Shown here one piece after another: positions 10,731 to 21,951 of a DNA stretch of 64,000 nucleotides. The stretch comes from Macrostomum lignano (lineage: Eukaryota), in the NCBI GenBank assembly GCA_002269645.1, contig NIVC01001066.1, positions 248,001 to 312,000 on the forward strand, read 5' to 3'. The notes beneath the pieces are model-generated. The model saw nothing but the letters and a program-made list of their open reading frames with translations, did not search any database and was not told the DNA's origin. The position numbers and the translations under genes were made by a program. Each line of letters opens with the position of its first letter. The first letter of the stretch is position 1.

Positions 10731-13700
10731 ATGAACAGAAAGAAGCAGACTTGCCATCAGCAACAGACCGCCAGACTGCGACTCCTCAGTGAACAGGACA
10801 GAGCTCAGTTCGACCTGCAGCTCAGGGAATTTCATTCAGCTAGAAAGTGAGCCCGAACTTGCTAGATCGCTTATCGTTTTATTTCTATTAGTTAATCAAA
10901 AATTACGCACAAAGCAGCAAGGGATTCACCCTGGCGGGCAACCCCTCTGTTGTTGCTATTTTTAGAACGCCATTCCTGCACGCCCCGATAGTGTTCGGCA
11001 GGCGGGTCGACTTCCACCGGCTGTACAATGCGGTCGCCAGGCTGGGCGGATTCAGACGGGTTAGAATGGAACCGCGAGCTGGCAATAACTCTGAAGAAAT
11101 ATTTTCATATCTTTAATCTCTTGCTCAGGGGCTTATAGACGTTATGGTGGCTTAAGAACGGAAAAGTATAAGCAACCTGAAACGCCAAGAAAGAAATTGG
11201 ATGTCAGGGTGCTTAATTGGGTGTCAGTGGGTGCTAAATTGTGTGTCAGTGTGCTAAATTGGGTGTCAGTGGGTGCTAAATTGGGTGTCAGTGGGTGCTA
11301 AATTGTGTGTCAGTGTGCTAAATTGGGTGTCAGTGGGTGCTAAATTGGGTGTCAGTGGGTGCTAAGTTGGGTGTCAGGGGGTGCTAAATTGGGTGTCAGT
11401 GGGTGCTAAATTGGGTGTCAAGGGTGCTAAATTGGGTGTCAGTGGGTGCTAAATTGGGTGTCAAGGGTGCTAAATTGGGTGTCAGTGGGTGCTAAATTGG
11501 GTGTCAGTGGGTGCTAAATTGGGTGTCAGTGGGTGCTAAATTGGGTGTCAGTGGGTGCTAAATTGGGTGTCAGGGGGTGCTAAATTGGGTGTCAAGGGTG
11601 CTAAATTGGGTGTCAGTGGGTGCTAAATTGGGTGTCAAGGGTGCTAAATTGGGTGTCAAGGGTGCTAAATTGGGTGTCAGTGGGTGCTAAATTGGGTGTC
11701 AAGGGTGCTAAATTGGGTGTCAGTGGGTGCTAAATTGGGTGTCAGTGGGTGCTAAATTGGGTGTCAGTGGGTGCTAAATTGGGTGTCAGTGGGTGCTAAA
11801 TTGGGTGTCAGTGGGTGCTAAATTGGGTGTCAGTGGGTGCTAAATTGGGTGTCAGGGGGTGCTAAATTGGGTGTCAAGGGTGCTAAATTGGGTGTCAGTG
11901 GGTGCTAAATTGGGTGTCAAGGGTGCTAAATTGGGTGTCAAGGGTGCTAAATTGGGTGTCAGTGGGTGCTAAATTGGGTGTCAAGGGTGCTAAATTGGGT
12001 GTCAGTGGGTGCTAAATTGGGTGTCAGTGGGTGCTAAATTGGGTGTCAGTGGGTGCTAAATTGGGTGTCAGTGGGTGCTAAATTGAGTGTCAGGGGGTGC
12101 TAAATTGAGTGTCAGGGGGTGCTAAATTGGGTGTCAGGGGTGCTAAGTTAGGTGCATCAAACAGGTGTTTCAAGAAGTACTAAACAAATCTCGAAGGTCT
12201 GCGAGCTCCGCCAATGGCACCTGGTGCTTGAGTCGGTCGGCTTGCGCTGGTATTACGTCAACGCCGATCTGGCACTCCGCCAGGTGTACCAACGCTATCT
12301 GGAGCCGTTCGAACGATGCCAGCGGCAGAATTTGTCTACCGCATGCGACGATAACAATGGTTGCCATGCAGTTACTATACAGGAGGACATCAGCCGGAGC
12401 GGCCAGCAGCAGCAGCAGCAGCAGCCAGGCGATGGTTGCGAGCTGCTGAGGCTGCGGCGATATCAGGCCTCGGCGGCGGCCGAAGCAGCACATCAGCAGG
12501 TGTACAATCTGGACAACCACCTGCTGCCGCCGCACCTGCGTTCTGACTGGAATCTCTCCAACGAGCTGGTCGAGCTCGACGAGTACCGGCCGCTGGAGCT
12601 GGCACTGCTCAGCGGCCTCCCTAACGAGCTGGATTTCGCTATCAACGCCTGCCTGCTGATGTCAAGCCAGTCAGGACCGGCGGCATTCCAGCTGGCTGGC
12701 AATCCAAGACTTCTGGAGCTGCTGGCGGCGCACGCGGGGGTGCTGGATGACGGTGAGGAGAATCTCGGAGTTTTTGGTGTCATGGGATTTTCTTGGGTTG
12801 TCTTTGTTTGGGTTGTCTTTGTTTGGGTTGTCTTTGTTTGGGTTGTCTTTGTTTGGGTTGCCTTTGTTTAGTTGTCTTTGTTTGGGTTTTCTTTGTTTGG
12901 GTTGCCTTTGTTTGGTTGTCTTTGTTTGGTTGTCTTTGTTTGGGTTGTCTTTGTTTGGGTTGCCTTTGTTTGGTTGTCTTTGTTTGGGTTTTCTTTGTTT
13001 GGGTTGCCTTTGTTTGGTTTTCTTTGTTTGGGTTTTCTTTGTTTGGGTTGCCTTTGTTTGGTTTTCTTTGTTTGGGTTTTCTTTGTTTGGGTTGCCTTTG
13101 TTTGGTTTTCTTTGTTTGGGTTTTCTTTGTTTGGGTTGCCTTTGTTTGGTTTTCTTTGTTTGCCTTGTCTTTGTTTGTATTGTCTTTGTTAGGGTTGTTT
13201 TTGTTTTGTATGTCTTTGTTTAGATTGTCTTTGTTTGGGTTGTTTTTGTTTAGTATGTCTTTGTTTGGATTGTCAATTTGTTTGGATTGTCAATTTGTTT
13301 GGGTTGTCTTTGTTTAGATTTTCTTTGTTTGCCTTGTCTTTGTTTTGGTTTTCTCCTGCCCGATCAATCAGCTGTCAGCCACTGTTCCTTACAGCGGATT
13401 CAGGCCAGCCATCCTGCTCATCCCTGGCCGAGCGATGGAGACAGGAGAGCGGAGTAAACGTATCAGACGTGAGTTTCAATGAGCATTGATATCAATCCTG
13501 CTGCTTCCATGCATAGTCTACCGATTTGTTCCGATTAACAGTAGAACTAGCTGAGGATGTCCAGCAGTTGAGGCTTGCCCACTCTCTAGGTTTGATCTCT
13601 CGAAACTGAAGGAATTCGAGACAGAGGCAAGGCTGCACTGAGGCGCAGTGCTGATTGGCGCACAGGGGTGTACTGAATGCACTGGCGCTTATGGGAAAAT

Positions 13701-16700
13701 GCGACCTTCTGGCAGAACTGTCGAATATCTCGACGGTCCGAATGGCTGGCTTACTTACTGTTAAATCACTTCGCTGCAGTTCTGGCGCCAATCGGTCTGG
13801 GATGCGGAGCAGCGTCAACTGTTGTCGCCGAACTGCCTGACGAAAGGCTCCTGTTGCCTTGGCGACCCGGAGCAGCCGACGCCGGTTACCATCGCCGCTT
13901 GGCGTCTGTTCAACCTGACGGCGTCGGACCTGAGCCTCCGGGATCTGGCCGGCCAGCGGGTGCTGCTGATTGTCTCAGCGCTGCGCAACCTCGTGCTGGA
14001 CGAGCCGGCCAACGCGGCGCTGGCGTCGCGGTCACCGCCGACTCTCCGGCTGCTGCTGCTCTGCCTGGCCAGCCGGCATGCCGCGCTGCGTCACCTGGGC
14101 ATCGACGCGCTGACGGCTCTGCCGCTGGTGGCCAGCACGCCCGGCCTGCGGCTGGCGCTGATGCGGGCTGTGACTGACTGCGTGCTCGGCCAGGACCGGC
14201 AGATGCTGGTGCGGGGTGAGTGCCGGCCAGATTTGTCACGAACGCTTGGGATGGAGCGAAAATGGTGGGAAGTGTCGGATTGACAAAGGAGGGAATGGGA
14301 AGTGCCGGAGTGACAAAGGTGGGAAGGTGGGAATTGGAAGTGTCGGAGTGACAAAGGTGGGAATGGGAAGTGTCGGAGTGACAAAGGAGGGAATGGGAAG
14401 TGTCGGAGTGACAAAGAAGGGAATTGGAAGTGTCGGAGTGACAAAGGAGGGAATTGGAAGTGTCGGAGTGACAAAGGAGGGAATGGGAAATGTCGGAGTG
14501 ACAAAGGAGGGAATTGGAAGTGTCGGAGTGACAAAGGTGGGAATGGGAAGTGTCGGAGTGACAAAGGAGGGAATGGGAAGTGTCGGAGTGACAAAGGTGG
14601 GAATGGGAAGTATCGGAGTGACAAAGGTGGGAATTGGAAGTGTCGGAGTGACAAAGGTGGGAATGGGAAGTGTCGGAGTGACAAAGGTGGGAATTGGAAG
14701 TGTCAGAGTGACAAAGGTGGGAATTGGAAGTGTCAGAGTGACAAAGGAGGGAATTGGAAGTGTCGGAGTGACAAAGGTGGGAATGGGAAGTGTCGGAGTG
14801 ACAAAGGAGGGAATGGGAAGTGTCGGAGTGACAAAGGTGGGAATGGGAAGTATCGGAGTGACAAAGGTGGGAATTGGAAGTGTCGGAGTGACAAAGGTGG
14901 GAATGGGAAGTGTCGGAGTGACAAAGGTGGGAATTGGAAGTGTCAGAGTGACAAAGGAGGGAATTGGAAGTGTCAGAGTGACAAAGGAGGGAATTGGAAG
15001 TGTCAGAGTGACAAAGGTGGGAATGGGAAGTGTCGGAGTGACAAAGGTGGGAATTGGAAGTGTCGGAGTGACAAAAGAGGGAATGGGAAGTGTCGGAGTG
15101 ACAAAGGTGGGAATGGGAAGTGTCGGAGTGACAAAGGAGGGAATGGGAAGTGTCGGAGTGACAAAGGAGGGAATTGGAAGTGTCGGAGTGACAAAGGAGG
15201 GAATGGGAAGTGTCGGAGTGACAAAGGTGGGAATTGGAAGTGTCGGAGTGACAAAGGTTGGAATTGGAAGTGTCGGAGTGACAAAGGAGGGAATGGGAAG
15301 TGTCGGAGTGACAAAGGTGGGAATTGGAAGTGTCGGAGGGACAAAGGTTGGAATTGGAAGTGTCGGAGTGACAAAGGAGGGAATGGGAAGTGTCGGAGTG
15401 ACAAAGGTTGGAATGGGAAGTGTCGGAGTGACAAAGGTGGGAATGGGAAGTGTCGGAGTGACAAAGGTGGGAATGGGAAGTGTCGGAGTGACAAAGGAGG
15501 GAATGGGAAGTGTCGGAGTGACAAAGGAGGGAATGGGAAGTGTCGGAGTGACAAAGGTGGGAATTGGAAGTGTCGGAGTGACAAAGGAGGGAATGGGAAA
15601 TGTCGGAGTGACAAAGGAGGGAATTGGAAGTGTCGGAGTGACAAAGGAGGGAATTGGAAGTGTCGGAGTGACAAAGGAGGGAATTGGAAGTGTCGGAGTG
15701 ACAAAGGAGGGAATGGGAAGTGTCGGAGTGACAAAGGTGGGAATGGGAAGTGTCGGAGTGACAAAGGTTGGAATGGGAGGTGTCGGAGTGACAAAGGTTG
15801 GAATGGGAAGTGTCGGAGTGACAAGTCGCCGAATCCACCTGCAGGCCTGGAGCTGCTGGCCAGCCTGGCCTCGCAGCCGGACAACGCTGATTGGCTGGCG
15901 GCTGACCTGCCCGACTCTGTCCTGGCCCGTCTGGCGCCGCTGCTGCTGCTGCCCGACCTGCGGCTGCTGCTGGCCGCTCTGGATGCTGCCTACCGACTGG
16001 CCGGGCTGGCCAGCCGGACAGCTAGCCGGCTGGCCGAACTGGAGGCGTCCGAACTGCTGCGGGTGCTGCTCGACCTGCTGAGCTTCAATGCCAAGCAGGT
16101 CGGCGACGCTGGCCTCGCCGGCATCCGGGTCTTTCACGGCGTGGATGCTGACTCGGAACTCGACGTCGACTCCGACACGAAGGCCGACCAAGTCGTCGAA
16201 GCGGAGAGTCCGCAATGCCACGCCGAACAGTGGCTGAAGAGACGCTTCCCAGCCGGCTTTGATGCCGCCGTTGTCGGTTTTGATGTCGTTGCCGCGGCGG
16301 CCGCCGCCTACGCCGAGTACGCCGCTGCCGACGGCCCGCCGAAGCTGACTGCACCGGAGTTCTACAACCTCGTGCGGTGAGCAGTTGTTTTTCTTTTCCT
16401 TCCGTCGCACCATAAAATCAGTCAGTAGCTATTGAGTAGTCTGAATAGCGTTTTATCATTATATGTCTAATAACGCCGAATCCGCAGGCAAATCTGGCCG
16501 CGCGCGAACAACAATAGGAAACGGCTGCACCAGCTGAGATTGGTGGACGAGATCGAAAAAGAGGCCGCCGGCTCGAAGCTGATTAAGCTGGACTGCGGCA
16601 TCAACGGCGGTCTGGCCCTGGCTGGGCGGGCGCTGCAGAAGAACGGACGGCGGCTGCTCGGCATGGCGAACGGACACGCAGCAGTCGATGAGGAGGCTGA

Positions 16701-18625
16701 GCTTCCAGCAGTTGAGGCTGCAGGGTAACTCTCGGGATTTTAACAGTCCCACCAATCCCACTACCCACATTAATCTGCCCTCACTACCCACCAATGTGCC
16801 TTCGCTACCCACCAATCTTCCCTCAATAAACCCAACAATCTGCCCTCAATAAACCCACCAATCTGCCCTCAATAAACCCACCAACCTGCCCTCAATAAAC
16901 CCACCAATCTTCCCTCAATAAACCCACCAACCTGCCCTCAATAAACCCACCAACCTGCCCTCAATAAACCCACCAACCTGCCCTGAATAAACCCACCAAC
17001 CTGCCCTGAATAAACCCACCAACCTGCCCTCAATAAACCCACCAAGCTGTCCTCAATAAACCTACCAACCTGCCCTCAATAAACCCACCAATCTGCCCTC
17101 AATAAACCCAACAATCTGCCCTCAATAAACCCACCAATCTGCCCTCAATAAACCCACCAACCTGCCCTCAATAAACCTACCAATCTGCCCTCAATAAACC
17201 TACCAATCTGCCCTCAATAAACCCACCAACCTGCCCTCAATAAACCCACCAACCTGCCCTCAATAAACCCACCAACCTGCCCTGAATAAACCCACCAACC
17301 TGCCCTCAATAAACCCACCAAGCTGTCCTCAATAAACCTACCAACCTGCCCTCAATAAACCCAACAATCTGCCCTCAATAAACCCACCAATCTGCCCTCA
17401 ATAAACCCACCAACCTGCCCTCAATAAACCTACCAATCTGCCCTCAATAAACCTACCAATCTGCCCTCAATAAACCCACCAACCTGCCCTCAATAAACCC
17501 ACCAAGCTGCCCTCAATAAACCCACCAACCTGCCCTGAATAAACCCACCAACCTGCCCTCAATAAACCCACCAAGCTGCCCTCAATAAACCTACCAACCT
17601 GCCCTCAATAAACCCACCAATCTGCCCTCAATAAACCCAACAATCTGCCCTCAATAAACCCAACAATCTGCCCTCAATAAACCCACCAATCTGCCCTCAA
17701 TAAACCCACCAACCTGCCCTCAATAAACCTACCAATCTGCCCTCAATAAACCCACCAACCTGCCCTCAATAAACCCACCAATCTGCCCTCAATAAACCCA
17801 CCAAGCTGCCCTCAATAAACCCACCAACCTGCCCTCAATAAACCCACCAAGCTGCCCTCAATAAACCCACCAAGCTGCCCTCAATAAACCCACCAACCTG
17901 CCCTCAATAAACCCACCCATCTGCTCTCTGATCCCTACAGCGAGCCGCCCAACGGGCATCAGGGCCGGCAGCAGCAGCCGCCCATCGTGATCCGCATCAC
18001 CCTCCCAAAGCCGAAGCCGCCCCTCGGCCTGCTGTGCGAATGGGACGGCTGCTGGCACTGCGCGGACACCCCGGCCAGGGTGCTGCACCACGTGTACACT
18101 GTCCACTTGCTGCCCGGCGCTGACGGGTGTCGTTGGCGCGGCTGCAACCCCGGCCGTCGCGGCGCCCTCTCGCTGCTGTCACACGTGCAGGAGCGGCACT
18201 GCAGCCAGGCGGCTCTCGACGAGTCCCTTCGACTACGCCGACAAGCCGCGCTGGACGCCGCCGCCTGCCATCAGCTGCCGACCATCGTGTCAACGGCGCC
18301 GTCGTCGACTGAGCCGACAGTGGCAGCGGCGACAATCCACCAACTACCGGACGATGCGGCCCGGCTGGCCATCTACCGCCTGACGGAGGCCGGCGCGGCG
18401 GCTCGGGCTGCTGAAGTGACGGCTTCTCCGGGGGCGCCGATCGATGAGGGCCCCGTGACGCGGCACATCCGGCTGACCTCCGCGCTGACCCTCCTGCGGC
18501 TGGCGCGAGCGGCGAAGTCGGCGCGGGACTTCCTGCGCGTTAATCTGGCGCGGCTGGCCGAGATAGCGCTGGCCGGCGGCGAAGCAACTGAAACTGTGGC
18601 TCAGTGCCTGGCCGAGATTAGCTGA
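10731..18625 (+). CDS. ARID2: AT-rich interactive domain protein 2 (PBAF subunit, BAF200). Exons 10731..10846, 10966..11059, 12197..12752, 13395..13468, 13780..14215, 15845..16376, 16488..16724, 17941..18625; 2730 nt, about 909 aa
   Basis: ARID domain (FDLQLREFHSARK-TPFLHAPIVFGRRVDFHRLYNAVARLGGF...LRQVYQRYLEPFE); ARM region with LLSGLPNELDFAINAC and GQRVLLIVSALRNL; RFX-like segment (HAEQWLKRRF); two C2H2-type fingers (CEWDGC...H, CRWRGC...HVQERHC); terminal HIRLTSALTL...VAQCLAEIS. All junctions are GT-AG and phases sum to a multiple of 3. Confidence 0.93.
11196..12154. repeat. 21-22 bp minisatellite (GGGTGTCAGTGGGTGCTAAATT)n, ARID2 intron 2
   Basis: About 44 units read directly. Confidence 0.96.
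12785..13352. repeat. Degenerate about 15 bp GT-rich minisatellite (GTTGTCTTTGTTTGG)n, ARID2 intron 3
   Basis: Recurring CTTTGTTTGG core, decaying toward the acceptor. Confidence 0.92.
13626..13739 (+). mobile_element. About 115 bp interspersed repeat, copy A (ARID2 intron 4)
   Basis: About 90% identical by eye to 51003..51117; contains hairpins GCACTG-AGGCG-CAGTGC and GTGTA-CTGAA-TGCAC. Confidence 0.75.
14262..15824. repeat. 30 bp minisatellite (GTGACAAAGGTGGGAATGGGAAGTGTCGGA)n, ARID2 intron 5
   Basis: About 52 highly homogeneous units. Confidence 0.98.
16748..17920. repeat. 23 bp minisatellite (CCCTCAATAAACCCACCAACCTG)n, ARID2 last intron
   Basis: About 48 units from 16821 onward, each carrying AATAAA on the sense strand. 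Confidence 0.97.
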
Positions 18626-19458
18626 GTCAGTCTCTGAGTGCCTGGCCGAAGTTGGCTGAGTCAGTCTCTGAGTGCCTGGCCGAAGTTGGCTGAGTCAGTC
18701 TCTGAGTTGCCTGGCCTAGATTGGCTGAGTCAGTCTCTGAGTTGCCTGGTCAAGAATTGCTGAGTCAGTCTCTGAGTTGCCTGGCCTAGATTGGCTGAGT
18801 CAGTCTCTGAGTGCTTGGCCGAAGTTGGCTGAGTCAGTCTCTGAGTTGCCTGGCCTAGATTAGCTGAGTCAGTCTCTGAGTTGCCTGGCCTAGATTGGCT
18901 GAGTCAGTCTCTGAGTGCTTGGCCGAAGTTGGCTGAGTCAGTCTCTGAGTTGCCTGGCCTAGATTAGCTGAGTCAGTCTCTGAGTTGCCTGGCCTAGATT
19001 GGCTGAGTCAGTCTCTGAGTGCTTGGCCGAAGTTGGCTGAGTCAGTCTCTGAGTTGCCTGGCCTAGATTAGCTGAGTCAGTCTCTGAGTTGCCTGGCCTA
19101 GATTAGCTGAGTCAGTCTCTGAGTTGCCTGGCCTAGATTAGCTGAGTCAGTCTCTGAGTTGCCTGGCCTAGATTAGCTGAGTCAGTCTCTGAGTTGCCTG
19201 GCCTAGATTAGCTGAGTCAGTCTCTGAGTTGCCTGGCCTAGATTAGCTGAGTCAGTCTCTGAGTGCCTGGCCGAAGTTGGCTGAGTCAGTCTCTGAGTTG
19301 CCTGGTCAAGAATTGCTGAGTCAGTCTCTGAGTTGCCTGGCCTAGATTGGCTGGGTCAGTCTCTGAGTAGCCTGGCCTAGATTGGCTGAGTCAGTCTCTG
19401 AGTAGCCTGGCCTAGATTGGCTGAGTCAGTCTCTGAGTAGCCTGGCCTAGATAGGCCT
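18604..19458. repeat. 34-35 bp minisatellite (GCCTGGCCTAGATT(A/G)GCTGAGTCAGTCTCTGAGTT)n beginning in the last ARID2 codons
   Basis: The first unit is the coding ...TGCCTGGCCGAGATTAGCTGA; about 24 units follow. Confidence 0.96.
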
Positions 19459-19794
19459 AGAGTCTCTAAAAATCAAGTCTACAGTATAGTAATAATTTGC
19501 TTTTTTATCCCAGTAAACTTTTTGGCATGCATTACATGGGTTATCAATAAATTCACGCGCGTTCCATCAATGCAAGTCTCTTTCAAGCGGTCCGCAGGAT
19601 GTTCCTTGCACTCTCCTGGTCTAAACTATCCGATCCTCTGCCATTGTTGCATTTTTGTATTCTTAATGTTTTCTAAAGTATTGAGCGTGCAGTGTATGCA
19701 AATATCAAATACAATTTGTCAATCAAGCTTTTACAACACAAGAGCTTCATAGCTCGTACTTGCAAACCGATCTAGGAATGTGGATTCTCGAATG

Positions 19795-20356
19795 TAAATT
19801 CTTTCCTGGCCAAGTTGTTAACAATACACATCGGTGAATATGAATTCTTGGGTACCATGCCTACCTAGTTAAGTTATTTTCGATACATATCGGTGAATAC
19901 CTATTTATTAATATCTACTTGGTCAAGTTGGTAACAATGCATATCAGTGAATATGTATTCTTGGCCTCAATGTCTAATTCGCTAAGGTATTTTCTATACA
20001 TATTAGTGAATATATTGTACATGTAGATTCGTAGATATAATGTCTATTACATAGTTTTCGATACATATCGGGTGAATATAGATTCGTACATGTATATGAT
20101 GCACACTTAGGCTATTTTCGATACATATTTGTGAATTTAGATTCGTAGATATGATGCCTACAAAGTTATTGTCTATACATATCGGTGACTACAGATTCGT
20201 AGATATGATGTCTACTAAGTTATTGTCTATACATATCGGTGACTACAGATTCGTCGATATACATATGTCCACAAAGTTATTTTCTAAACATATCTTTGAA
20301 TACTCTACTTATTCTAGTATCTGTGACTTAGTTAAGTTATTTCGATACATGTCGGC
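19795..20356. repeat. Decayed about 55-60 bp tandem repeat with core CGATACATATCGG
   Basis: About 10 variants of (C/T)GATACATATCGGTGAATA at roughly 55-60 bp spacing. Confidence 0.7.
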
Positions 20357-21689
20357 AATCTTCAATTTAAAAGTAATGAAACACAGAAAGCTCCGAGAGC
20401 CCAGTTTTGTATTCACACCCCTTACCCGGGGAGAAGTCAAAAACAAAATCGCTGCAACAAAGCTACACAGATGGCGAAGAAACGCCAAACACGCACGCGG
20501 CTTTTTAATTTAGTAACGCATTGTACATCTGCAGACAACAGTGCGCACTATTCTGAATACAGAAGGCTCATTGCATACTACTTTTAGTAGAAAAAATGAG
20601 AGAAGGGAAAGCACTTAAAATAGGAAACGATTAATTAGTACAAAAAGCCTAATCCCAACTCCAGTTTGATACGCACACCAATCACCGCTATAAATTACCC
20701 ATATTACCGCTTACTTTTATTGCTTCTTGGTAGAGTGTCCCTGTTTTTGGCGCAAATACAAAAATCGATAACAAATCATGTTAAGATAAATAAATGTACC
20801 TCAATTATTATCAAAACATGACATATATACTGGTTAATTTTACTGAATGTTTACAAGAAAAAGAAGAAATAAATTATTAGTTGCGAAAACCCAAACCGAA
20901 TTTTGCTTTTTTCGATACATATCGGCTCTGAACAGAAAAAATGAACAAATTCGCTTGCGTGCCAAATCTATTAGGATATTATGAATTTATATGAACTGTA
21001 AAAAGTCTTCTTTCGATACATATCGGCTCATAGTTTCCAGGAATTCTATGCGAGCCAGGTAATATTTTATCCAAAGATCGTCATTTTTCGAAGATTTTGC
21101 ACACAAATCCTTGCACCCCAAAGTTCAAATTACACAATCAAATTAAATGAATAAAACACAATGAAAATGTGCTCTATATACTACTCTTAGTACATAAGCG
21201 CAAGTAATGAAATTCTTTGAATATGTGAAACAGTCGGAAATTATCTAAAGATAAATGTGAATTTCATTACTGAGAAAAATAAAGCTAAAGCAAACTCGTA
21301 CAACTGAGCCCGTGACAGCAACTGGCACTGAGCCAATAGTAAAAAACCAGGCATGCGCCAGGCGGTTTATGCTCAGATTCTCTGAAAAAATCGATCGCAG
21401 AATGAATGCACTTTTAATAATGCAAATTATTTTCACAGCAGTTGAATTTTTCATATAATATTAGCAGTTCTGGGTGAAAACTTTTGTTAATAAGTGTATG
21501 AGAGAGCAGATCGCTTGATAGAGAATATAATTTAATTGCGTGACAAATCCGAATGCAAAAAAGTTGATTTTCTATACATATCGGTTATTACTATTGTTAG
21601 TAATAAAATAAACAAGATTTCTTTGACACATATCGGCTTCGCAAATTAGTTACAGAAGAAGATCCAACTGATTTCCAATCAAAAAAACA

Positions 21690-21901
21690 TTTCGATACAT
21701 ATTGGACATAAATTCCATTCCGTAATATTCTCGCTACATATCGGACACAGACCCAATTATATGATATTTTCGATACATATCGGACACAGACCCAATTCTA
21801 TAATATTTTCGCTACATATCGGACACAGACCCAATTCTATGATATTTTCGATACATATCGGACACAGACCCAATTCTATGATATTTTCGATACATATCGG
21901 C
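21690..21901. repeat. 39 bp tandem repeat (TCGATACATATCGGACACAGACCCAATTCTATGATATTT)x5
   Basis: Units 39 bp apart (for example 21849, 21888), just 3' of the VPS13D stop. Confidence 0.92.
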
Positions 21902-21951
21902 CGTCAGCAATTATGAAGGATTTCCTCGTTAATCAAACACCGTAATCCCGC

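Noticed and set aside
14216-16413. Long ORFs of 621-725 aa across ARID2 intron 5 (GVTK, VTPTLPIPTF and CHSDTSHSLL repeats)
   Set aside because: A 30-bp unit without stops in several frames gives long ORFs on both strands. The array lies between canonical ARID2 splice sites, and intron retention stops at 14283.
18623-18631. ARID2 TGA as a readthrough or splice site (TGA|GTCAGT)
   Set aside because: The protein already reaches the conserved ARID2 terminus and no downstream coding exon is visible.
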